DNA of 64,000 nucleotides from Eledone cirrhosa (lineage: Eukaryota), in the NCBI GenBank assembly GCA_964016885.1, contig OZ024763.1, positions 19,530,001 to 19,594,000 on the forward strand. Reading direction: 5' to 3'. This document shows, in pieces, positions 55,270 through 64,000 of this stretch. The notes below the pieces were generated by a model. The model was not told the origin of the DNA. It saw only the letters and a program-made list of their open reading frames with translations, and made no database searches. The position numbers were made by a program, and so were the translations under genes. Numbering within the stretch: the first letter of the stretch is position 1; every line of letters begins with the position of its first letter.

Positions 55270-58200
55270 ATCTAAAGGGAACCCACCAATTCCATACACT
55301 CATTTCCATTGGCTGCAAGGAAATATGTTCACACACGCATATAGAATAGGTAATAATTTATGACAGAGTAGACAGCATCATAGATGACAGAGTTAGCATG
55401 TTCCGTGAAAACTTTATTAACTGCGAAGACGGTGGTCTATCTTCAGAAAAAAAAACAACATCCAATAAAACTAGTTTTGCAATCGATTATTCACCAACAA
55501 AAATTCGTATGTACAACAAATCGTCCATCTAAAACTTTACTTTCACATTCGAGCACATCACTTGTTCTACAGTTCTAATTTGCGATGTTTTAGTTTAGAA
55601 ATTTTTCAATCACGATGCTGAAGTCAATTTTTTCAGCCAGTTCTCGCTCTATGTACATCATTGCCAGAGCATTCAACCGCTCTTCACTCATGGTACTACG
55701 CAAATAATTCTTTCGAATACTCGTCGAAGATAGTGTCATTTTCGATGTCACCCTCGTAGAATTTCACAAGATTATCGATTCTCTCTCTATTGCATGTGTC
55801 GTCGTCGTCGAAGTGCGCCGGTATCAAGCACGAAAAATCCTTCACTAGATCGTGCAAGTCGGCAAAACGTTCGTTAAAGCTACTAATGATTCTATCTAAG
55901 ATAGTGAAATAAACGTCCCGTTTAAAATGCTGACTCATCGTCTCATGAGGTTCGTCATGAAAACGCTTCTTTTTTCTGTTGTAAACTCTGGTTCAACTTG
56001 ACATTGCCCGGCGAGAATTTTAGCGTTTGATAATGTTCGGTCAAAATATTCATTTGAGCGGATATCTTCAATTTCTTTTACTACATTTTTAATCATGACG
56101 TCCGCGGAATATAAGTCGATAGCCTCCTTCTGCAAATATTGTGAAACAGAATGCAGCTTTTTAAGTAAATTCTGAAAAAACTTCAACATGAAAATGAATT
56201 CAAACTTGCTCACATTTAGTAGCAAACCTCTGGCCTCGGCTAATACTTTTGGAGCAGTGTTGTGAACATCCCCACTTATTATCCTCTCTAGTGCACTTAT
56301 TACTGCCGGTAAGTTGTTAATGGTAGCCTCTACAGCCTGAATGTGACTAAACCAGCGCGTATCTGAGAGTCTTTTTAATGTTAATACCGTTGAAATCAAT
56401 AGTTTTTCTTGTTCTTCTTCGAGGATTTTCAGCGGTGGCAAGCTTGATGTTAAGAAAACATACAGGCTCTCCAATATACCAAAAAATAATTTACCATCCA
56501 CTGACGATTGGCTAGCATCGATTAACACCAGGTTCAGGTTATGAGCGCAACAATGGACGTAAACAGCTTTCGAAGAGCATCTCTCTTTAACTCTAGCCTG
56601 AAGCCCAGAAATATGGCCAGACATATTCGACACTCCGTCGTAAGCTTGTCCCCTAATATGTTGAGCATCCAAGGATAGATCCTGGAAAAGAACTTTCACA
56701 AGCGAATCGTAAAATGATTCAGTGGCTGCTGATTCTAGTTCACAAAACGACAGGAAATGCTCCTGTGCGTGGCCACTTTTCGATACATATTGCAGTGACA
56801 GAGCATTGATCCTGATGCGAAATATCTATTGTGGAATCGATGATGACTGAATAGTATTTTGCCGCTTTCACTTCCGTGATTATTTGTTGAGTACATTCGT
56901 TTGCCAGGCATTCTATGAATTCGTTTTGTAATTTTGGACTTAAGTACATAGGCTGTCTTTTAGAGCGCCCAGGCGAGAATAAATTGCTTTCCAAGATCGT
57001 ATCATACTTAGCCATCAATTTCAACAATTCAATAAAGTTTCTTTCATTTTCTGATTTGGCGCCAAGTCCAGCATATTCCCTGTGACCTCTGAAGGGGAGG
57101 CCTTGTTTTGCGAGAAATAACGTACAATCAAGCAATCGCCTCAATATCTGGCGATTTCGTTCAATTTGCTTCTTCTCTTCATGGATGAGGTTATCGATCA
57201 CTGTTTTATCTGCGTCCAAACGATATTTTGTCATGAAGTATTACTTTTGTGAATTGACGTGAATGGCACTTTTCTCATGCTTGGCAATTTTTTAGAATCC
57301 CCATTTTGAAGTTTGCCATCCCACACTCTGGATTACCCCAAGTCTTCGAGTAAGATTCGGCATTTTTATCAGCAAACAGCCAACAACAAAAGCAATATAG
57401 TCTGTTGGATTCAGGAGAGTATACTAACCAGTGTCGGTCAACTTTATGGATTCCAGCACACTTTCTCTTGTACCAACTGATATTGAATTTTCTGTGGTTC
57501 GAGTCGAGAGGGAAATCAGCAAAATTATCTTTCAATCCTGGCTGACAAGGACCAACGGCCATGAGGGCGCGAATTAGAGGTGTCGTCAATGGTCTGTCCT
57601 TGAAATGTTTTCGGTCGCCTGGATACTTCTCTTGTAAATTCAACATGCATTCTACTGGCTCATACTCTGGGATTTGTTTTGCCAGTGTAGTTTCCTCTGA
57701 ATCATTTTCATTTTCAGATTCCGATATAGCCATTTTTCCCTCTATTGAGTTCGGATCCCCAGTTGGAACTACATCTTCAGTGACTACGACGGTTGTTGAG
57801 ATAGTCGATGGACCTGAGGCATCTTCGACATCAGGTTCTCATGACCCTCCAGTGCTTTTCTGTTTCTCCAGTTCATCTGACCAGACTGACTCGCCAAATA
57901 TTCCGGCAGTTACGTTGCTTTGGGATGCGTCACTACTTGTTGACGAAGACTGTTGACTTTTCAGAAAACTTGTGATTAGATGACATTTTGCAGATTCTTC
58001 TGTGGCAGCTTGTCTAGCTTCTCTCCTCTTTGTTGCTCCAGTTTAGTAAGTTTTTTTTAGGCAGCATTGTTAATGAGCACTATATTGACACTGTTTTCCA
58101 GTGGCTTTGTCTTAAAAAAAAATTCTTCCATTTTCCTGTTTCTCTTTTTTTTTTCTATAAGTCTTTAAGTGCCGAAATAGCTTGTGATTAGAAAGCCACT

Positions 58201-59178
58201 TCACTTACCGCATTTCTCTGGTCGTGGCAAGTCGTTGGCTGGTTTTCCTCTCTTCCACGTGTGTACAATCCAACTCGCCGATCGCAGCCTCAAATCGCAC
58301 GTCTGTCTCAGTCCGATGACCGCCGTAGAAAAGAAGGGGCCTCTCAAGCTGACGTCACATCTGCTCGACTTTCCGGTCGAGCACGCTTCCGGTCAAGCAC
58401 GCCCAGCCTCCGGCCACTACACACCACACCATTCCCACAATGTGCATTATATTGACGCACTTGGAATAATGCAATTTGCTTGATTTGATATTCAACACCG
58501 AAGAATGTAAAACATGTCAAATAATCGACGAAAAGCAAATACCAAGTTGTTCTAAAATGTGACTATTGATAAAAAGTAACAACATAAATAAAAATATTAT
58601 ATATATATTTTCTATATAATCACACAATATATAGATATATATATTTGTGTGAATATACTCATGCATAATTATACTTTTAATTAAATATTAGGTTAAAAAC
58701 CTGAGTATAGAGAATAACATAAGCATGTATTACAACATTTCAAACAAATAAAATAATATACAATTTAGATATCAAATCATTTATTTATATTTACAAATCA
58801 AAGAATATAATAATCGGTTTTTAATGAGATCCCTGTGATTGATGCAAGGCTACTAGTTTGTCAATGTTTAGTGTGAAAGCCGTTAGAGAGAGTCCTAAAT
58901 CACATCTTCTTTCTATATCAAGGCGATTTTGACTTTTTGAAAGCAGATGCATCACCTGACTCAACTAAATAAGATGTGGGGAAAGCAAGTAAAAAAAAAT
59001 TTAGCGTTTTTATTTGACGGAATATTGTCTACACAGATTAAGCGTTTTCTTTACGTTGTTGTAGTTAAGGATTCGTAATTACATGTGTAATAAGTTATGT
59101 GTTTAGAATTATAGCCTAGACCGACAGAAAAGCCAGGTGGGCGGCAGCGGCCCCCCCCCCCTGTTAGTTACGCCACTG
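55270..59178 (-). mobile_element. hAT (Tip100/ZMYM1-like) DNA transposon, one terminus lost
   Basis: Right end reads CAGTGGCGTAACTAAC on the minus strand and interrupts the old LINE remnant. No matching left TIR seen. Confidence 0.8.
55567..58067 (-). pseudogene. hAT transposase pseudogene (TTF zinc finger, DUF4371, RNase H-like, dimerisation remnant)
   Basis: WLVYS...LYCFCCWLF; LAKQGLPFRGH..NFIELL; IIDSTIDISH; GQAYDG.SNMSG; YVHCCAHNLNL; TRW; NYLRSTMSEERLNALA. Several frameshifts, and the ERSFS segment is deleted. Confidence 0.92.
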
Positions 59179-59721
59179 GCTGAGAGTAGGATGACCTGAT
59201 GAGCTGGCTCCTGTGGTGGATACCTAAACATAGTAAGGCCCTAGCGGGATGACTGAGATTGACCTACATAGATCAAATGTCTCTGGATGTCCAGCTGGAG
59301 ATTAATGATCTCAGGAATGCCATGGAAGATCGTGATATCTAAAAGAGAAAAGTAGAATTGTTCTGGCCAATCCACCTGATCTAATTAATAATAATAATAA
59401 TATATATTGATGAAAATTAATTACAGTGAAATATGTTGGAAATCATTCTCAGATACATCCTGTAGAGAGTTCCACTTTATATTATTTGTCATTAAGGTTT
59501 CTTACAGAGACACAATCTCATTTCATTTTTGAGGGTGGTGGATAGGCAGAATCAGTAGAGCATTCGACAACATACTTTCTGTCATATAGTTACATCCCTT
59601 TACATTCTGCTGATTTCCTCCTCAAAATTAAAAAGACAACAGCCCACATGAGGAAGGAGTTCCACGAAGTGGAGTGGATGTTGCAGTAGGTGACAGGAGT
59701 ATAACGCCTGTCCCTCTCTCA

Positions 59722-60105
59722 TTGGTGGATTGGCAGTATTGGTAGAGGGTCAGACACTATGCTTTGACGCATAGATTTACGGCCCTTTCCATTCTGAGTT
59801 CAAATCCCGCCGAGGTCAACTTTGCCTTTCATCCTTACATGGTCGATAAAATAAAGTACCAGTAATGTACTGGGTAATTGCTGGCCTTGTGACAAAATTA
59901 AAAAAACAATTATTTTAGTTGCTTGGGCAGTGGATTGGAAGTATCGGTAGAGGGACGCCTTGCAGCAAAGAGTTACGGCCTTTTATGGTCTGAGTTCAAA
60001 TCCCGCCGAGGTTAACTTTGCCTTTCATCCTTACGAGGTCTATAAAATAAAGTACCAGTAATGGCATAATTGCTGGCCTTGTGCCAAAAGTAGAAAAAAT
60101 TATTT
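59722..60105 (+). mobile_element. Two tandem SINE family A copies
   Basis: Same boxes and core as above. Further copies near 27050, 31275, 43870, 44485, 48850 and 54565. Confidence 0.85.
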
Positions 60106-61208
60106 TAGTTGCTTGATTCGTTTTCGTTTTTCTTCTTTACATTTCAGTTTTTTTTTTATGAACTTTAATAATGTGTTTTGTTTTAATATGAACAGTGATG
60201 TAAAATTCGTGATATTATTTATACAAATCTGAATAAAGAACTAGCATATTGATAGAAAGTGTGAATTAATATAACTGAAGGTTTTTCTGAATTTATTAAA
60301 TTAAGTAGGGGACTTTTAAGTCATGACACCGACTTCAAGTAGCCATTAGAAAATTATCATCGACATCGGCTCCAACGTTACCACTTGTACTTAATCTAAT
60401 TTTATCTTTTGTGGTGATTATTTCATATTAAGGTAGACATTAATGTTTATATATAACATAAGGTGATTTATGTTCCTTATAGTTGTTGTTTTATCACCTG
60501 TATTATTAAATATTTCATTTCATCACAAACAACCCCCATCGTGAAGTTGGTTGTTCAACATTTTACAGAACAGGAAAATATTATTTTAGTCAGAAATCAG
60601 TGAACATTTAGTTTTTACTAAATTTTCTTGACATTATATTTGGTCTTCAAAACTGAAGTACGTATTATTTCGTTTTCCATCACAGCACAAACATTGTGAA
60701 CTTTTCTACTATCTGTAGTGAAATATCTTGATTTATTACAACACGTACACACACACGTCTATTTATTTCTCTTTCTCATACGTACACACTGTATGTCTGT
60801 ATATATATATTAACCTTCATCTTATGTAATTATGAATATTAATTCTCTTGTGACCTGAATTGTCGTCAATAACAAGGACCTTTGTTTCGAAGACATATTC
60901 GTCTGTTTTATGAGCTGAAGATTTTAGTGTGCCTACTGCTTCTCTCACTATAACAAAAATAATAGTGGAATACTCCAGAATAATTTCTCTCTCTCTTCAT
61001 CCAAGATCAGTTTTACGCTGCCATGCGTCTTATTACTTATACCGAGTGCTACATTACAACTTTGTAGAAGAAGAAAGCCGTGCCCTGCAGTCTTTTATGG
61101 ACACTGTTGTATATTAGACTACATAGTATCTATTAACGATTTCTACATTTCTTAATATATGAGTAAAAGTGATGAGAATCCTTTATGTAAAGATCACTAG
61201 CTAGAAAT

Positions 61209-61322
61209 ATGTCCGAATATAGCTGTGAGATTTGCAGGAAAACTTTCCCTTCAAAACTGAAATTATCCTCACACGAGAAAAACACTTCCACTGTGAAATA
61301 TCTGGGAAGTCTTTTGTCTTAA
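61209..61322 (+). other. Ancestral ATG and finger 1 of ZNF-8, now a short upstream ORF
   Basis: [38 protein letters not shown] deletion in the first linker shifts the frame. Confidence 0.8.
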
Positions 61323-61348
61323 GCTGTGACTTGAAAAGACATATAAGA

Positions 61349-63547
61349 ATGCACCCAGGAGAAAAACCTTATGCATGTGAAATATGTGGGAAATCTTTTT
61401 CTCTGGCTTCTCATCTTGTACCTCACAAAAGAATACACACAGGAGAAAAACCTTATTCATGTGAAATATGTGGGAAATCTTTTTCTCGAGGTTCTTATCT
61501 TGTATATCACAAAAGAATACACACAGGAGAAAAACCTTATTCATGTGAAATATGTGGGAAATCTTTTTCTCGAGGTTCTCATCTTGTACGTCACAAAAGA
61601 ATACACACAGGAGAAAAACCTTATTCATGTGAAATATGTGGGAAATCTTTTTCTGATGGTTCTGACCTTATAAAACACAAAAGACTACACACTGGTGAAA
61701 AACCGTTCCATTGTGAAATATGTGGGAAATCTTTTTCTCAGGGTTCTATACTTGTACATCACAAAAGAATACACACAGGAGAAAAACCTTATTCATGTGA
61801 AATATGTGGGAAACCTTTTTCTGAAAGTTCTCATCTTGTAGATCACAAAAGAATACACACAGGAGAAAAACCTTATTCATGTGAAATATGTGGGAAATCT
61901 TTTTCTCATAGTTCTGTTCTTGTAGGTCACAAAAGAATACACACAGGAGAAAACCCTTATTCATGTGAAATATGTGGGAAATCTTTTTCTCATAGTTCTC
62001 ATCTTGTACGTCACAAAAGAATACACACAGGAGAAAAACCTTATTCATGTGAAATATGTGAGAAATCTTTTTCTGATGGTTCTGACCTTGTAAAACACAA
62101 AAGAATACACACTGGAGAAAAACCCTTTCATTGTGAAATATGTGGGAAATCTTTTTCTTGTGGTTCTTATGTTGTACGTCACAAAAGAATACACACAGGA
62201 GAAAAACCTTATTCGTGTGAAATATGTGGGAAATCATTTGTCTCCAACAGTGACTTGAGAAGACATACCACAACACACACAGGAGAAAAACCTTATTCAT
62301 GTGAAATATGTGAGAAATCTTTTTCTAATGGTTCTGATCTTGTAAAACACAAAAGAATACACACTGGAGAAAAACCCTTTCATTGTGAAATATGTGGGAA
62401 ATCTTTTTCTTGTGGTTCTTATGTTGTACGTCACAAAAGAATACACACAGGAGAAAAACCTTATTCGTGTGAAATATGTGGGAAATCATTTGTCTCCAAC
62501 AGTGACTTGAGAAGACATACCACAACACACACAGGAGAAAAACCTTATTCATGTGAAATATGTGGGAAATCTTTTTCTCATAGTTCTGTTCTTGTAGGTC
62601 ACAAAAGAATACACACAGGAGAAAACCCTTATTCATGTGAAATATGTGGGAAATCTTTTTCTCATAGTTCTCATCTTGTACGTCACAAAAGAATACACAC
62701 AGGAGAAAAACCTTATTCATGTGAAATATGTGAGAAATCTTTTTCTGATGGTTCTGACCTTGTAAAACACAAAAGAATACACACTGGTGAAAAACCGTTC
62801 CATTGTGAAATATGTGGGAAATCTTTTTCTCAAGGTTCTATACTTGTACATCACAAAAGAATACACACAGGAGAAAAACCTTATTCATGTAAAATATGTG
62901 GGAAATCTATTTCACATGGTTCTACACTTGTACATCACAAAAGAATACACACAGGAAAAAAACCTTATTCATGTGAAATATGTGGGAAATCTTTTTCTCT
63001 GGCTTCTCATCTTGTAGATCACAAAAGAATACACACAGGAGAAAAACCTTATTCATGTGAAATATGTGGGAAATCTTTTTCTCGAGGTTCTTATCTTGTA
63101 TATCACAAAAGAATACACACAGGAGAAAACCCTTATTCATGTGAAATATGTGGGAAATCTTTTTCTCATAGTTCTCATCTTGTACGTCACAAAAGAATAC
63201 ACACAGGAGAAAAACCTTATTCATGTGAAATATGTGAGAAATCTTTTTCTGATGGTTCTGACCTTGTAAAACACAAAAGAATACATACAGGGGAAAAACC
63301 CTTTCATTGTGAAATATGTGGGAAATCTTTTTCTCAAGGTTCTTATGTTGTAAGTCACAAAAGAATACACACAGGAGAAAAGCCTTATTCGTGTGAAATA
63401 TGTGGGAAATCATTTGCCTACAACAGTGACTTGAAAAGACATACCACAACACACACAGGAGAAAAATCTTATTCATGTGAAATATGTGGGAAATCTTTTT
63501 CTCAACGTTCTACACTTGTACGTCACAAAAGAATACACACTGCATAA
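61349..63547 (+). CDS. ZNF-8: 26 intact tandem C2H2 fingers open from an internal ATG (may be a pseudogene)
   Basis: First in-frame ATG of the 61232..63547 ORF is at 61349. No stop over 2.2 kb. In-linker TAA. Confidence 0.7.
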   Translation: MHPGEKPYACEICGKSFSLASHLVPHKRIHTGEKPYSCEICGKSFSRGSYLVYHKRIHTGEKPYSCEICGKSFSRGSHLVRHKRIHTGEKPYSCEICGKSFSDGSDLIKHKRLHTGEKPFHCEICGKSFSQGSILVHHKRIHTGEKPYSCEICGKPFSESSHLVDHKRIHTGEKPYSCEICGKSFSHSSVLVGHKRIHTGENPYSCEICGKSFSHSSHLVRHKRIHTGEKPYSCEICEKSFSDGSDLVKHKRIHTGEKPFHCEICGKSFSCGSYVVRHKRIHTGEKPYSCEICGKSFVSNSDLRRHTTTHTGEKPYSCEICEKSFSNGSDLVKHKRIHTGEKPFHCEICGKSFSCGSYVVRHKRIHTGEKPYSCEICGKSFVSNSDLRRHTTTHTGEKPYSCEICGKSFSHSSVLVGHKRIHTGENPYSCEICGKSFSHSSHLVRHKRIHTGEKPYSCEICEKSFSDGSDLVKHKRIHTGEKPFHCEICGKSFSQGSILVHHKRIHTGEKPYSCKICGKSISHGSTLVHHKRIHTGKKPYSCEICGKSFSLASHLVDHKRIHTGEKPYSCEICGKSFSRGSYLVYHKRIHTGENPYSCEICGKSFSHSSHLVRHKRIHTGEKPYSCEICEKSFSDGSDLVKHKRIHTGEKPFHCEICGKSFSQGSYVVSHKRIHTGEKPYSCEICGKSFAYNSDLKRHTTTHTGEKSYSCEICGKSFSQRSTLVRHKRIHTA

Positions 63548-64000
63548 AAACCTTATACATGTGACATATGTGGGAAACTTTTCACTAAGAGTTCTGATCT
63601 TGTAGTTCACAAAAGAATACACACTGGTCAAAAATCCTTGCAATGTGAAATATGTGGGAAATCCTTTGCCTCTAACAGTAAATGGAAAAGACATACAACA
63701 ATACACACTGGAGAAAAAACCTTATTCATGTGAAGTTTGTGGGAAATCTTTCCCTCAGAACTCTTCACGAGTTGTTCACAAACGTAGTCAACACTAGTGT
63801 TAAACCCCATTACTGGGAAATATGAAACATTAATAAACACACAAACAGTTGGAGTAAGAATATGAAATGTGATAAATGTTACTGTTACACATTGAAGCAT
63901 ATATATACACACATACACACACACACACACACACAATCTTGACTCACAAACGTAATTCATTCCTGAAGGCCGATCGTCAGCCAAATTGTTTGTAAAGCAA

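Noticed and set aside
55567-58067. Domesticated ZMYM1/THAP12-like host gene
   Set aside because: Multiple frameshifts, an internal deletion and a retained TIR indicate a dead transposon.
61349-63547. CRISPR-like repeat/variable periodicity
   Set aside because: These are in-frame zinc-finger codons in eukaryotic DNA, with no cas genes.

Overview
AT-rich animal genomic DNA, most likely an octopus or other coleoid cephalopod (inferred from the repeat families and gene architecture). The window is a tandem cluster of same-strand (+) C2H2 zinc-finger genes whose arrays are uninterrupted. There are eight copies with coding arrays, two of them frameshifted near the start, plus two remnant units. 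Each copy follows a shared ~1 kb upstream block. The spacers are filled with Penelope-like retroelements (Naiad-type, carrying hammerhead ribozymes), RTE LINEs, two tRNA-derived SINE families, non-autonomous Helitrons, a decayed hAT transposon and (TA)n/(CA)n microsatellites. Main observations: (1) two GGCGA-ended, 8-bp-TSD (Merlin-like) non-autonomous elements, one a 1.2 kb fold-back carrying a captured RMND5/GID2-like first coding exon just 3' of a ZNF gene; (2) a shared in-linker TAA stop in 6 of 8 ZNF genes, with finger-coding sequence continuing behind it; (3) a near-invariant first finger that is repeatedly uncoupled from the variable array; (4) several intact minimal hammerhead ribozymes. 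Repeat boundaries were read by eye and are approximate unless a TSD is quoted.
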